Assembly (NCBI GenBank): GCA_002269645.1
Contig: NIVC01000105.1
Location: 907,992-971,991, forward strand
Length of the DNA stretch: 64,000 nucleotides
Direction of reading: 5' to 3'
Origin: Macrostomum lignano
Taxonomy: Eukaryota
Position numbers and translations under genes: made by a program. The notes beneath the pieces were generated by a model. That model saw only the letters and a program-made list of their open reading frames with translations, was not told the DNA's origin and ran no database searches. Positions 38,651 to 53,361 of this stretch are shown here, piece after piece (the stretch's first letter is position 1; every line of letters starts with the position of its first letter).

Positions 38651-39203
38651 ATGTCGCACAGCTTCAAGCTCCAGTCCAGGGCAATTAAAGAGCACCCGGG
38701 CCAGCGGGCGGAGCACCAAGGCAGCAAGGGGCTGCAGCAGTCATGTTACCCAGTGCTGATATTGCCGCTATCTGCTGGAAATATTAGACGGCGCGCTCTT
38801 GTCAGAAAAAATACAAATATAGCTGCTTATCTGGAAGCCTATGGCCGATCCCCTGGCCATAGGCTTGGATGGGGGTTGTCGTGAGATATCTGTGCAGCCC
38901 CCAACTCATCATGTTTGTCCTCACTCGCTGCGTATCTCGTTTCCCTCTCCCCCCGACAGCAGACCCCTCACTGTTTGTGCTGGCCTAGTGGCTAACTGGG
39001 ATGGGGAGCAGCGTGTAGGATAGCGCCAACCCCCCTCCCCAACCCGGTTAGTTTGCTGGGAATCGCCCTCCAGCCAACCCTTCAACCTTAATCAAGGTCT
39101 TCTCTAGCTCTCTCTCTCTCTATCTCTCTGCGATCGCTCCCACACAAATAGGCATTTCGTATTTTGTCGCGAATAGAAGAGAGAAGAGAACCCGTGAAAA
39201 CAG

Positions 39204-39353
<150 letters not shown>

Positions 39354-39637
39354 GGTAGAGACGGGGGAACCCAGCAGCGACGACTCCTCCCCTTAAGTTT
39401 CAGCCCCGTAGCAACTGTCCCAGCCTCCCTTCCGCAGTGCTCCATCCTCGCTCTTGTTGCCCTACAAGCGGCGGCGCATGGGGACAGTGAGAGCAGCCAG
39501 ATAGTCGCTCAGAGATAGAGCCGGGCGGTAGCCTAATCCCAACCGCTGAGCCCCATGCCTTGCCGTCCTCCTAGAAGCATCGCAGTGAGCGTAGGCAGCA
39601 CTTGTTGCACCGCTGTGACCCGCTGTGCCGGCAGTCC

Positions 39638-41404
39638 ATGGAGGCGGCTTTAGCCGGCGTGTCGTCGACCTCGGCTGCCGAGGTTGGAAGCAGCTGCCCA
39701 GATACAGCTGGGGCTCAAACATGCGCTGGATATCAGCATCATCACCTGTACCACCGACAGCACCTGTACCACCAGCAGCCAACGGAGTCCTCCCCGCCGC
39801 GCCATTTCAGATCCTATCCGAGGATGCCGCCTTCGCAGCTGTCCCGGCCAGGGGAGGATCTTCAACATCCAGCGGAAGATTTTTCACCAACTTTGCCAGC
39901 TCTTCCCATCGCAGGTCAGCAGCAGCAGCAGCAGCAGCTTCAGCAGCAGCAACAGCAGCTTCAGCAGTATCAACTGGACGAAGATGTTGCCAAAGCGTTC
40001 GACAGCGAACGAGTAGTGATCAACGTCAGCGGCCTGCGCTTCGAGACGCAGCTCAGGACGCTGAATCAGTTCCCGGAGACGCTGCTCGGCAACTCGCAGA
40101 AGCGCAACCGCTACTACGATCCGTTGCGCAACGAGTACTTTTTCGATCGCAATCGGCCGTCTTTTGACGCGATTTTGTACTTTTACCAGAGCGGCGGCCG
40201 CCTGCGACGACCCGTCAACGTGCCGATTGACGTTTTCTCGGAGGAGATCCGGTTCTACGAGCTCGGCGAAGACGCCATCGAGAAGTACCGCGACGACGAG
40301 GGCTTTATTAAGGAGGAGGTCAAGGTGCTCCCGGTGAACGAGTTTCAAAGAAAGGTCTGGCTGCTGTTCGAGTATCCCGAGAGTTCCATGGCTGCTCGAG
40401 TGATTGCAATCATCTCCGTCTTCGTCATCCTGCTCAGCATTGTGATCTTCTGCGTTGAGACGCTGCCCCATTTCCGGCACTACAAGGTGATCAACGAGTC
40501 CTTCGGAAACGTAACTAGCCAGGTAATCGAAGAGGATGACATACCGCAGTTTGACGAGTCCTTCTTCATCATCGAGACTGTCTGCATTGTCTGGTTTACC
40601 TTTGAGCTGTTGGTTCGATTCGCTTCTTCGCCGGCCAAGATCGGCTTCTTCAAGAACATCATGAACCTCATCGACATCGTGGCCATCATTCCCTACTTCA
40701 TCACCCTGGGCACGGTGATCGCGGACGACAGTCGCAGCAACCAGGCGATGTCCCTGGCCGTGCTGCGAGTGATTCGTCTTGTACGGGTTTTTCGAATCTT
40801 CAAACTGAGCCGCCACTTCAAGGGACTTCAGATCCTGGGACAGACGCTGAAAGCATCCGTAAGGGAGCTCGGCCTGCTCGTGTTCTTCCTGTTCATCAGC
40901 GTGATCCTGTTCTCGTCGGCAGTTTACTTCGCCGAGGCTGACTCGGCGGATAAGTCGCATTTCGATTCGATTCCATCGGCATTCTGGTGGGCTGTTGTTA
41001 CCATGACAACGGTAGGGTACGGCGACATGCTACCGGTGACGGTCTGGGGCAAGCTGGTGGGGTCCCTGTGCGCCATAGCTGGCGTGCTGACCATTGCCCT
41101 GCCCGTGCCGGTGATCGTGTCAAACTTCAACTACTTCTACCACCGGGAGACCGAGTCGGAGGACAAACAGACCTACGTACACGTGCAGTCGTGCCCAGCC
41201 TACAGGGACAGCAAAAATAACTCGTTGATATCGAACAGCAGGGCGTCAGAGGCGTCCGAGGTTGACGCGGGCACCGAGGGCTACCTGCTCGTGATGCAGC
41301 AGTCGGAGTCGCAGGCGTCTGTAAAGCAGAATCATTCTCAACAGCAGCTGCATCAGCCAAACTCAAATAAAAGCAGCGTTGCTTGCTTTGAAACAGACGT
41401 CTGA
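39638..41404 (+). CDS. Sh: Shaker/Kv1 voltage-gated potassium channel alpha subunit (588 aa from the ATG at 39638)
   Basis: T1 domain [14 protein letters not shown]...[29 protein letters not shown]4 [14 protein letters not shown], pore TMTTVGYGD (GYG at 41015-41023), S6 PVP and C-terminal PDZ motif ETDV. MEAALAG resembles the Kv1.4/Aplysia Kv1 start. Uninterrupted ORF with an acceptor cctcctag| at 39574. Confidence 0.97.
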   Translation: MEAALAGVSSTSAAEVGSSCPDTAGAQTCAGYQHHHLYHRQHLYHQQPTESSPPRHFRSYPRMPPSQLSRPGEDLQHPAEDFSPTLPALPIAGQQQQQQQLQQQQQQLQQYQLDEDVAKAFDSERVVINVSGLRFETQLRTLNQFPETLLGNSQKRNRYYDPLRNEYFFDRNRPSFDAILYFYQSGGRLRRPVNVPIDVFSEEIRFYELGEDAIEKYRDDEGFIKEEVKVLPVNEFQRKVWLLFEYPESSMAARVIAIISVFVILLSIVIFCVETLPHFRHYKVINESFGNVTSQVIEEDDIPQFDESFFIIETVCIVWFTFELLVRFASSPAKIGFFKNIMNLIDIVAIIPYFITLGTVIADDSRSNQAMSLAVLRVIRLVRVFRIFKLSRHFKGLQILGQTLKASVRELGLLVFFLFISVILFSSAVYFAEADSADKSHFDSIPSAFWWAVVTMTTVGYGDMLPVTVWGKLVGSLCAIAGVLTIALPVPVIVSNFNYFYHRETESEDKQTYVHVQSCPAYRDSKNNSLISNSRASEASEVDAGTEGYLLVMQQSESQASVKQNHSQQQLHQPNSNKSSVACFETDV

Positions 41405-41554
41405 GCGGCTGGTCGCTGGTTCTGACATACAAGTGTGCTCATTGCTCATCTACTCCCAGCGAATTAAGCTCAACAGCCTATTTGCCAAGCCATTCAAGCC
41501 TAAATAGGTGAGTTTTATTGAGTTAATTATTTCTATAGTGTAGCTTGTATAGTG

Positions 41555-42008
41555 GCACTGAAGAGTCTAGAGTGCCAGTGAAGAGTCTGGAGTGCCAGTG
41601 AAGAGTCTGGAGTGCCAGTGAGTAGTCTGGAGTGCCAGTGAGTAGTCTAGAGTGCCAGTGAAGAGTCTGGAGTGCCAGTGAGTAGTCTGGAGTGCCAGTG
41701 AGTAGTCTAGAGTGCCAGTGAAGAGTCTGGAGTGCCAGTGAGGAGTCTAGAGTGCCAGTGAGGAGTCTGGAGTGCCAGTGAGGAGTCTAGAGTGCCAGTG
41801 AGGAGTCTAGAGTGCCAGTGAGGAGTCTAGAGTGCCAGTGAGGAGTCTAGAGTGCCAGTGAGGAGTCTAGAGTGCCAGTGAGGAGTCTGGAGTGCCAGTG
41901 AAGAGTCTAGAGTGCCAGTGAAGAGTCTAGAGTGCCAGTGAAGAGTCTGGAGTGCCAGTGAAGAGTCTGGAGTGCCAGTGAAGAGTCTAGAGTGCCTGTG
42001 AAGAGTCA
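41555..42008. repeat. 20-bp minisatellite
   Basis: Unit gagtctagagtgccagtgaa and variants. Confidence 0.93.
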
Positions 42009-42933
42009 CAGCCAAACATTCACAGCCTGCAGTGAAGCAGCTTGCACAAACATGGCCGCTATTTAAAAACTTCTCCGTTGGATTCATTCCACCTTTTCTA
42101 CCTTTGCTTTGCTACTTTGAAATTTGAGGATCCGAAAAAGCCTTTTGATGCTCAGCGGCCACTTAATCCATCCAGCCTTCTATGAAAGGCGCGCCATACA
42201 GGTGCAACGTTATAGAGGCATTTTTGATTCTCGCTAATCCTGTGTCCCAGCCGCTAGTTGCTAGGGGGAACAGGGGGCCGTGATCTTCCCTCATTGGCTG
42301 GCAAAATACTCAATGCCCCTTGGTGCTAAAGCCCCTTGGTGCTAAAGCCCCTGGTGCTAAAGCCCCTTAGTGCTAAAGCCCCTGGTGCTGGCGCAAGAAA
42401 GGAAAATTCTATCTGCACCCGTGATTAGAGGGAAGCAGAGAAGCTGTAAGTATAATTTATTATTTGTTTATAGCCATCGCAAAGGCCATCAAGCGGTGCG
42501 TAGAAAGTGCCGATTATACAAAATCAATGGGGCATTTGGTCAGGGAAGTTGTTAGAATTGCGTCTGCACTCCCGCCCGTCCGTCTGCCTGCAACTGACTG
42601 ACAGCAATGGACAATTCCTCATGCATCGCTCTGTTAAACTTCCACTACACCAGCCCAGCCCCCAGTCTGCCCCAATACTGAACCCCGGCCTCAGGGGGTG
42701 CGCAGTGTCCCATTTCCGTTGCCTCCACTGCGCCGGCTCAAATGTCACGCTGAAAAAGATTGGCTGCCTGCTTCCGACTGGAAACGCCACTGTTTCCCCC
42801 AGGGATGCTCCAATAGCCCTTAATGAGCGGCATGAGCGGCAGCTTAAAGTGCTGCCTCAGATAGCCTGTGACCGATAACTAGTTCTAACTATAACTAGTT
42901 CACAATAGACTTAGGAATGTATAGATAGATAGG

Positions 42934-42962
<29 letters not shown>

Positions 42963-42968
<6 letters not shown>

Positions 42969-44095
42969 TAGATAGCGAGAAAGAGCGAGCGAAGCGAGCT
43001 CTTTCGAGCTTGCTTGCCGCAGCCAATCAAGCTGAAAGCACGCACACAAGATCACCGGAAACGATTAAGGCAGCTGGAAAGCCAATGGGCGCGGTAAGCG
43101 CTTTTATCCAGAGGAACTACCTGCTGGAACCAGCCATGCCGAACGAAAATCAGACTACTCAAGTAGTGCAAAAGAGTACGTGCAACTACCGAGAAATCTA
43201 ATTTTCGTAACCGCTCCGGTGCAGGTCCTGGCTATAGATAGTAGATAGCGAGAAAGAGCGAGCGAAGCGAGCTCTTTCGAGCTTGCTTGCCGCAGCCAAT
43301 CAAGCTGAAAGCACGCACACAAGATCACCGGAAACGATTAAGGCAGCTGGAAAGCCAATGGGCGCGGTAAGCGCTTTTATCCAGAGGAACTACCTGCTGG
43401 AACCAGCCTGCCGTTAGAAAATCAGACTACTCAAGTAGTGCAAAAGAGTACGTGCAACTACCGAGAAATCTAATTTTCGTAACCGCTCCGGTGCAGGTCC
43501 TGGCTATAGATAGTAGATAGCGAGAAAGAGCGAGCGAAGCGAGCTCTTTCGAGCTTGCTTGCCGCAGCCAATCAAGCTGAAAGCACGCACACAAGATCAC
43601 CGGAAACGATTAAGGCAGCTGGAAAGCCAATGGGCGCGGTAAGCGCTTTTATCCAGAGGAACTACCTGCTGGAACCAGCCTGCCGTTAGAAAATCAGACT
43701 ACTCAAGTAGTGCAAAAGAGTACGTGCAACTACCGAGAAATCTAATTTTCGTAACCGCTCCGGTGCAGGTCCTGGCTATAGATAGTAGATAGCGAGAAAG
43801 AGCGAGCGAAGCGAGCTCTTTCGAGCTTGCTTGCCGCAGCCAATCAAGCTGAAAGCACGCACACAAGATCACCGGAAACGATTAAGGCAGCTGGAAAGCC
43901 AATGGGCGCGGTAAGCGCTTTTATCCAGAGGAACTACCTGCTGGAACCAGCCATGCCGAACGAAAATCAGACTACTCAAGTAGTGCAAAAGAGTACGTGC
44001 AACTACCGAGAAATCTAATTTTCGTAACCGCTCCGGTGCAGGTCCTGGCTATAGATAGTAGATAGCGAGAAAGAGCGAGCGAAGCGAGAGCGAGC
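42963..44095. repeat. 272/273-bp tandem repeat x4 plus a partial copy, embedded in GATA microsatellite
   Basis: The motif gatagcgagaaag recurs at 42971, 43244, 43516, 43788 and 44061. Flanked by GATA runs at about 42920-42965 and 44096-44530. Confidence 0.93.
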
Positions 44096-44530
<435 letters not shown>

Positions 44531-45505
44531 AGACAAGTTCCCTCTCGCCTCCATTTCAGATGCGGCGGAGACCACCCTAGCTCATCGAGCTCTTTGTCCT
44601 TGAAGTTGTGACAGCTGCTCCTTGCCAATTGCCAACAGGAAAGCGGAAAATTGAATCAGTTTGTTCATGATTAGCGGCTCATTCGATAGCTATTAAAATC
44701 TGTTATCGCTTCGTGTTTACAGTGCTTTTTCGATTCATTTACTTCCCTATTGCAGACTTGCCATCACTGGCTGCTGCCCAGCTACATGACTGATGTTATA
44801 CTTTTTGCACCGGTCTCATATGCTGAGGGGAAGCCGCGTGTGCTGGTGCTGCTTTTTCACGCGGAGACGCACCTGAGTCTCTTTCTCTCTGTCTCATTGT
44901 CTCCTAGTTCGTTCTCAACCCTACAACTGGGTAGGGTCGCTTCCCAGAGTTAAGTCCATTTCTCTACGATTTTATTGAACTTCCTGAAGCAACTTTGAAG
45001 AAGTTGTTTTCAACTTTTTGATCTTTGAATAGTTTCTGCCTTATACTTGGTGACTGCCTGCACAAGCTCACAACGTGCTTGAGACTGTTTGCACACTCTT
45101 GAGCAATAGCCAACTTACAATGCTATATAAGAGTTTCCCACCTGCCCTGCAGGCACTTTCTCAGTTTCTTACTCCAGTGCTTCTATTTGGCATGGCGACG
45201 TTGTTTAGCAATTCTTAATCGTTAATTTTTTACCACTAAAGCCATTTCTCTGCAGTATTACCGCCGTTGTACACTACAAAGCTTTTATATTATAATTGAT
45301 GCATATAAAACAAGAGAATAAGTTACCACTTATAATTATGGAGGCAAAGAAGTTTCACCTGATAAACTTCATTTTCTACAATATCTGCGCGCTGTCTTTG
45401 AACCAATAAATTTATATTTGCAAATTGCTCTTTCAAGACTTCAACCAACAACAGATTAGTTAATTTAGCTTTGATTTGTGCTCGTTCCTTTCAAAAAATT
45501 GGCAT

Positions 45506-48441
45506 TCAACAGTGGCTACCGGGAGACGCCACCAAGCTCAGCGACTTTCCCGACTCGATAGCGACATCGCCGGCGCAGAACAGCGACCTGCAAATTGGTT
45601 GCGGTTCTTTGTAGAGTCAAGAGATTTTGGAAGAATATAAATACAATTTTCCAACACCTAGTTTTCAGATCAGGCCTCAACACCCCCCAAGGCTTCAGGT
45701 CAGGCCTCAACACCCCCCAAGGCTTCAGGTCAGGCCTCAACACCCCCCAAGGCTTCAGGTCAGGCCTCAACACCCCCCAAGGCTTCAGGTCAGGCCTCAA
45801 CACCCCACCCCAGGCTTCAGGTCAGGCCTCAACACCCTCACCTCAGGCTTCAGGTCAGGCCTCAACACCCTCACCTCAGGCTTCAGGTCAGGCCTCAACA
45901 CCCTCACCTCAGGCTTCAGGCTAGGCCTCAACACCCTCACCTCAGGCTTCAGGTCAGGCCTCAACACCCCCCAAGGCTTCAGGTCAGGCCTCAACACCCC
46001 CCAAGGCTTCAGGTCAGGCCTCAACACCCCACCCCAGGCTTCAGGTCAGGCCTCAACACCCTCACCTCAGGCTTCAGGTCAGGCCTCAACACCCTCACCT
46101 CAGGCTTCAGGTCAGGCCTCAACACCCTCCCCTCAGGCTTCGGTCAGGCCTCAACACCCTCACCTCAGGCTTCAGGTCAGGCCTCAACACCCTCCCCTCA
46201 GGCTTCGGTCAGGCCTCAACACCCTCACCTCAGGCTTCGGTCAGGCCTCAACACCCTCACCTCAGGCTTCGGTCAGGCCTCAACACCCTCACCTCAGGCT
46301 TCGGTCAGGCCTCAACACCCTCCCCTCAGGCTTCGGTCAGGCCTCAACACCCTCACTTCAGGTTTCAGGTCAGGCCTCAACACCCCCATCTCAGGCTTCG
46401 GTCAGGCCTCAACACCACCCCAGGCTTCGGTCAGGCCTCAACAGCCTCACATCAGGCTTCAGGTCAGGCCTCATCTTCATAGCCTTCAGGGATCAGTCTG
46501 CCAAATAGTTTCCACGCTTATTTATAAAGTGCTCGAAAGCCTCTCACCTCTTCTCCTTAAATCCCTCAACAATCTCCACTCGGTTCACGTGCAGCTTCTG
46601 CTTCAAGATAGCCAAATTCCACCGGTGCTTCCAGGAGACAGTCAGACGCTTCAAATCAAACACCGGGTCAGTTCCGGTCAGCACAATGCTGATTAACTCG
46701 CCAGGCTCCATGTAGGATTTCTCAACGACTGTCAGCTGCGAGCTGCTCTGCCCGTCGGCGCCTTCCAGCGTGAGAAACAGGTCTCCGTACTGCTGTTTGG
46801 CGCTCGACACGCCCGAGATGATTATCTTGGCAAAGTAGTGGTGCACTGCGAATTCAAGGTTCAGTTTCATTACTTTTATTAAAACTCAATCGATTGAATC
46901 GAAACTTCAGATAAATCTAAGCAATAAGGAAGTCAACTCACTCTCGTAAGGCTCATGGCCATCGGTGTCAAGGAACATCTTCACGTTCGTGAGGCCGCTC
47001 GGGTTCCACTCGGCTGCCCGGATGCCCATCTGAGCGCAGCCGGTGATGCCACAGCCGGCGCACTTTCCCGCCTTAAAGTTCTCGTAGGAATCGCAGGGAA
47101 AGGCCTTGTAGTCACCTTGCGCGTGAATCAAGGTGGTGGACACCAGCTGAAGCACTCGCATGTGGTAGCAGGCGACGACCCACTTTGTGCCCTCAACGAT
47201 GCCATTGATGATGATGCCGGTAATGGGATTCTGGGAGCAGTCGGGCTGCTTCTTGCCACCGTTCGGGTAAAAGTCCACGTGACCAACGGGCTGCATGAGT
47301 CCCATTCCGCCCTGAAGCTTGATGCTATTCAGCAGGCTGTCGCCGTCAGTGTGGATGGCATCGACGAATCGAGCGTCTGTGGGGTCGAGCCGGACCTCCG
47401 GGTGCGTGTTCTCGAAGTACGGACCGGCCGGGTCCATGCCGGTAATGCGGCCGAGTCGCCGACTTCCGGTGAGCCTCTCGCCCGCGTATCCGGCGATGTG
47501 CGAGCCGAGGCTGTGGCCGAGAAGGTGGAACTGCTCACGGTTGGCTCCGAACTGGGTCTCCAGCCACATGATGAGCTGGGCGATCAAAGCTCCGACCACG
47601 CGAGTGTTGGCCGTAGCCTGGGTGTAGGGCAGCTGGTTGCCCTTGCTCCAGTCCACCAGCACTACATTGTGGTCTCCGTGCAGCAGCAGAGCTTTTTTCA
47701 TCTCACCCACCCAGGGCACATTTATGTCGTCAACGAAACCGTGAATGACCATCTTAGTTGGCAGTTTCGGGTTGAAGTTGGACTTTTCAATGCTGGCCTT
47801 GTCGCCGTAGCGTAAAATCTGAGGCAACATCGGATTGCGCAGAGTGAACAGCGCGTAAGTCGGTCGGAGGTGGTCGGGGCTCTGCGGCAGCAGTTGAATC
47901 GGCCGGTTCCAAAGGTCGTAAAAGTTTCCACCGGTGCTGAAGCAGCCGAGACCGTCGTAGCAGATCTTTTGTGGGACGAATCCTGGGATTCGGTGGTAAA
48001 CTGTTATTCATTTAGCGTTTCACCCTCGTGTTTGTATGACTTAGGTGTTTTTATTGTCGCCTGGTGTCTCGAAGTGTACTAATACTATTTATTGTTCACC
48101 CAAGAATTGTACCGATTTAGTCGCAATTTACATCTCCAGAACTGTCAGGAGCAAATTGATTGATACTTATGTCAGCATGCTCTTTCCACTATGATTTATT
48201 CTTGGGTCAGGTTATTCAGACTGCTTACTAAAAGCTTGAGCGAGCATAGAAGTATCTCCAAACTCTTGAAAAGAAAATTAGCACCTACAAAAACCTTTAA
48301 TCAGTGGCAAAACTAAGTAGAATATTTTTCGGTCGCGCAACTACGCAATAAATAGAGCTTACTTTTTCCGATAGAATTGGCGTCAATACGGCCTGCAGCT
48401 GAGAACAGCAGCAGAGTGCATCCAAGCATTAAAACCAACAT
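45506..48441 (-). CDS. Pancreatic lipase-related protein A, with PLAT domain (4 exons, 499 aa)
   Basis: Exons 48441-48363 (signal peptide [17 protein letters not shown]), 47982-46942 (IHGF oxyanion loop, GHSLG Ser, GMDPAG Asp, CYH His, full lid), 46845-46548 (PLAT beta-sandwich) and 45587-45506 (SLFCAG...SHC stop). All introns are GT-AG and in phase; total 1500 nt. Confidence 0.9.
45665..46475. repeat. 30/33-bp minisatellite filling the last intron of lipase A
   Basis: Units ggcttcaggtcaggcctcaacaccccccaa and caggcttcaggtcaggcctcaacaccctcacct. Confidence 0.93.
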
Positions 48442-49210
48442 GCTTTCTTCCAGAGTCTTTGTATTTTAAGTTTTATTCCAGAACAAAGCAAAATTTTAGT
48501 GATTTTGTGGCCATGCAGAGCTTTTATTTCAAGGTATGTGGATATCGTCACGTTCACAAATGCATGCAGCTATCTCAACCGACTTTCAGCTCATGTCTCA
48601 CCTGCTGCAGGTCTCATGCAACCGGTTTTGGACTTGCTGACACTTGGCTGTGCGGCTTTTGTACTTGTTGGAACGACATATTGGATTTGAACAAAACACT
48701 TCACGTTCACTCAGTAGAGCACCTGAAATTTCCAAGACTCAATCTATTTGTTAGCTGCCGTCTATCAGCAGTCCCGGCGATTTGTGTGCTGCTACAGCTG
48801 CCAAAGTCTCACAGCGAGTTCGATTCCGCTAATATATTTATTCTGCTTATCGATTGTGGAGCAGTATTACTTCTGCACTTTTTTATTTTCTCCGTGGAAG
48901 ATAAAATTTTTAAATTAGCTGTTACCACAGGTAACAGCTAGCCACACAAAAGTAGTAAAGGTATGACTCGTAGCGATTAAGCTAAGCTAGCTAAAATATC
49001 GATTTAATTCAGTCAGAAAAAACTTAAACAAAAACAAAAATATTTTCTATTAGGCGTTGCAAAAACGGGCACCAAAACTTGTATATATTTTTATAGTCTT
49101 ATTCGATAGTATTGCTATGCAATCAGTTTTATACAATACAGAAAATTTAGGATAATCAACAACACCGATAGGTCTGCTTCAGATCTCTTTTTCCTCGGCC
49201 TGGAGGTGAT

Positions 49211-50524
49211 TTAGCGGGGACCTGTGGAAATGTACGAAGGTTTTTGTTTTACAATTACGATGTTTTACAATTTGACGATGATAGTAACTAAAAATGGATG
49301 ATAAAACCAAGAAACTCACCAGTGCTCTCAAACGGCGCTTTACCAGCAGTGTCCAGGAACATCTTCACGTTGGTGCGGCCGTTCGGGTTCCACTCGTTGG
49401 CTTTGATGCCCATCTGCGCGCAGCCGACGCTACCGCAGCTCGAACACCTGCCGGCCTTGAATTTCTCGTAGGAGTCGCACGGGAAAGCTTTGTAGTTTCC
49501 CTGCTGGTGCTCAATGGTGCTGGTCACCATCGGCAGCACCCGGAGATGGTCGCAGGCAATAGTCCACTTTGTGCCTTCGATAATACCATCAATGATGATG
49601 TTGGTGATGGGGTTCTGCGTGCAGTCCGGCTGCTTTTTACCACCGTTAGCGTAGAAATCCACGTGACCGACCGCCTGCATCATGCCGAAGCCGCCTTTGA
49701 GGGAAATGCTGCTCAGCAGACTGTCGCCGTCAGTGTGGATGGCGTCGACGAATCGAGCGTCCGTGGGGTCGAGCCGGACCTCCGGGTGCGTGTTCTCGAA
49801 GTACGGACCGGCCGGGTCCATGCCGGTGATGCGGCCGAGTCGCCGACTTCCGGTGAGCCTCTCGCCCGCGTATCCGGCGATGTGCGAGCCGAGGCTGTGG
49901 CCGAGCAGGTGGAACTGCTCACGGTTGGCTCCGAACTGGGTCTCCAGCCACATGATGAGCTGGGCGATCAGGGCTCCGACCACGCGAGTGTTGGCCGTAG
50001 CCTGGGTGTAGGGCAGCTGGTTTCCATTGCTCCAGTCAACTTGTATCACATTGTAGTCTCCGTGCAGCAGCAGAGCCTTCCTCATGTCGACCATCCAGGC
50101 GACGTCCCCGGGGTCAAGGAAGCCGTGGATGATGAACTTAGTCGGCAGTCTCGGGTTAAAGTTGGAGCCAGTAACGCTGGCCTTGTTGTTGTAGACGATT
50201 CTCTGACCGGCAACGATGTTCCTGCGGGTGTAAAGCGCGAAGATCGGTCGGATGCGGTCGGGGCTCTGCGGCAGCAGTTGAATCGGCCGTCTCCACAGAT
50301 CGTAGAAGTTTCCACCAGTGCTGAAGCAGCCGAGACCGTCGTAGCAGACTTTCATCGGGATGAATCCTGTGGGATAATGTTCAACCAAATCGTCTAAGCA
50401 GCGTCCGCTGACATTAGCAATCTAATAAAGTGAGTAGAAACTTACTTGTCTGCCGGCGCAGATCCATTCCAACTGCCCACTGGTTGCAGAGCGCCAGGAC
50501 GCAGATCAGTGCAAGAACGCGCAT
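49211..50524 (-). CDS. Pancreatic lipase-related protein B, no PLAT domain (3 exons, 378 aa)
   Basis: Exons 50524-50446 (signal MRVLALICVLALC), 50366-49320 (complete catalytic triad and lid) and 49221-49211 (GT CCC CGC TAA after acceptor catttccacag). TATAAATA at 50673-50680; total 1137 nt. Confidence 0.88.
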
Positions 50525-53138
50525 CGCGATTATGAGCTGCTCGTAGTTAAATATTCGTCAAAAGGACCTCCTAACAAGCAGTGCAATTCAAACGATTCTA
50601 ACAAATCCAATTCAACTACTTTTCCTTCAGTTGTTTCAACTGCAGAGTAATTTGAAGTTCCAAGCATCTCAATATTTATAGAAAAGTGAGAAGCTAATTA
50701 CGGTTAAAATATGGCCGCAACTGTTGGGTTCTCAGTTAAATTCGCGTGCATCGGCGGTTCTTCTTTCTTGGAGTTATTTTATCGTTTTTATCAGCCGTGT
50801 GTTAATTTACCTTGACACTTTTATTTGTACTTAATTTCGCCGAGCCTAATTAGTTTCTTTAAAATTAATCAAGCTTAGATAAGCGGTACGGGAAGCATTT
50901 TGTGCGCCAGCACTATCTGTCTCTCGGTTAAAAATGACACTCCCACAATTACGACGTACAATAGAATTTGCAATGCTGAGCTAATCTGTGCTTTGCCACC
51001 TGCTGCCGCCACACCCCTTTGATAATTATATTGAGCTTTTTTACTGAGCCTCGAGATTCGCTCTACCGTAATCCAGTTCCGATCCAGTACAGTTCCGGTT
51101 CAGTTTCAATCCGATTGCGTCTGCCGTACAGATACTCTCTTTAAATCGAACGTCTTTGAAAGATAAATAAGAACGGTTCAAACGTGTTTTAAAATGTTGC
51201 AATTCGTTGAAGTACAAAGAAATTAGTATAGTTGATTCTAGTAAACCGGCTTTGTGACGTCGGCACAAGACTTAATTTTGAATTGATTCAAGACTCAGTC
51301 AATTTCCTCAAGACCAGATAAATATCAAGAATTGATGTCTCCTTTGCAATGCGTTTTAAAAAAGTCTACTTGCATTCATAATAAGCGCCAAACTTGTAGC
51401 TAGGGCTCATGGCTATTCATTAATTATTTTGATTTACACATTGATTGATTTTTAACTACTCATATATAACCGATCAGTTTTATTACAAAAATACCTAATA
51501 AAAATTCCACGCAAATTACGATGTTAAAATCGTTGAGACTCTACATTAACACGATATTTCGTAAGAGAGCTTTACGAGTCAAACGACTGCAGTTAAAGAA
51601 CGAGTCACTAAAATGCACCGGGGGCAAATCTCGGCGGGCAATTCGATATAAAAAGTTTTTTTTCCGTCCGAGTACTACAATATGCTGGATGCGTGTCGAC
51701 TTTCGCCACCTATTTCTACTGGGAGTATATTGATAAGCAACTTTTTCTTCAACGCGTCGTAGTGTTTTAGGAGATGCATGAGTTATTTATGCGTTTCCTT
51801 ACATGAAAGTTCCAATTTAATTTCAAATAAATACTCTCCAAACAGCTTAATATTTACGCTCCTGTTCTTAGCTCGTGAAATCCAGTGGAAAACAAAAACT
51901 CGATTTTCAGGATAAAATGATCAGGGAAAGGAATAACACTGTGACGTTGCCGAATTCGTGATTAATTTTCTTGACTTAAGATTTTTGAAATTATTTTCCT
52001 TTGTGTTGTTATCAGTATTATCTAATCATATTAGAAAATGCTGTCGATTATTTTTAGTTCATTGCTTACGTTTATTTTACTGCATCTCTAAATTATGACA
52101 CAAGAACGACCAACTTATAGACGTACAACTTTTTTCTATTTACGCGTACATTTGTGTACGCTGGCAGTGCCTTGCAGTTTCGCAGTACAGTGTTCAATTG
52201 CAGTATTCGTCTTACGAGCCAGGACAGCTCCAGTGAATTTTAATTCGGGATGAACCTTTAGTCATACATTTTTTTTTCGAATATTATCGCACCAAATATC
52301 TTTCGTAAAAATCGCACAACTGCAAGTGCCGGCGAGTTGACCAGAAAATTATAATTATAGTCCAACCGTTGGTTTAGCAAAGTCGTTCTAAACTAATCAG
52401 TCTTCAAAACACATGTTTGATGACGCAAGGAATCAAATAATTAATGAATTTTTACCGCACGTCCCAAATAAATATCGCGTATTTATAACTCAACCATCGT
52501 TTTTAAGTCATAACACTACAGCGCCGGATGAAAAAACTTGCAGATGAATTTCTCGTGTTCATTCGTTTTTTATTTAAATGAATAAATATAAGACATGCAG
52601 AAGCGCCTATGAAAGCTAAAGGAAAAAATATTTTCCTCAGTATTTATTTCAATAAAAAAGTTTTTCTATGTAAAAAATGTTTTTCCTATTCTTGCACTTA
52701 TAATTAGCTTATCAAAACTTTGCACTAAAGCAAATCCGCCTATAAACTCAACTCCATGTGGCTAATATCTCAGATTGTAAATTGACATTAACGTTATTTG
52801 AACTACCTTAGGTAGCTGGTAATTTGCACGTTATCTGGTAATTAAGGCTAGCTAGTGGTTTATTGGGATCGCAATGTATGTAAACATTTACGTTGTTGGT
52901 GACAATGGCGTGGTTCTGAACCGAACTAGTGCGCGACGGAACTTTTTCGTATTTTCTTATTGTCTAAAACAATAATCACCTGAAAATTTATGCGATTGTC
53001 TAAAACTTTAATAGGCTGGGTAGGTTTTATTCCTAAATTAATATTCCCATGTGCTGAATATGTAGTCATGTTATACTGCATTTAATTTAAGGAAGAGTTA
53101 TTAATTAATCGTCAAAATCTATCAATCCTACGGAGTAC

Positions 53139-53266
53139 TTTGGCGCCACAGGCACTCCTTTTAGCGCCCTAAAGCAAAACTATTGATTTCCACAAACTGG
53201 TCACAAAGCATCGGCATGTCCTCCATAGCTTTTACTTCCCCCTGTCCCCAGCTGGTGATGCCACTG
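53139..53266. mobile_element. Fragment of the same MITE family as 1069-1453, inverted
   Basis: The reverse complement shares ggacatgcc-atgctttgt, tggaaat...ttttgctt-ag-gcgc-aaaa and a cag-ggc-tc-cca terminus. Confidence 0.6.
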
Positions 53267-53361
53267 AGCCACTGAAAATAGGCCAAAATTTTTTTAGCAA
53301 AAAATTTTCTATTGGGCTGTCCAGCTAAGCTAGCCAGCTACTCACAATTCCCTGCTCGAAA

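Noticed and set aside
39884-40960. 358-aa antisense ORF over Kv1
   Set aside because: A shadow of GC-rich codon usage in the real gene, with no recognisable motifs.
43010-43201. 63-aa ORF duplicated at 43827-44018
   Set aside because: Non-ATG start, part of the 272-bp unit, and frameshifted in the two middle copies.
49288-49319. ORF-track C-termini of lipases B (EFLGFIIHF) and C (DFICRQK...)
   Set aside because: They are read-through into introns. GT donors at equivalent positions and matching downstream mini-exons explain the ends better.
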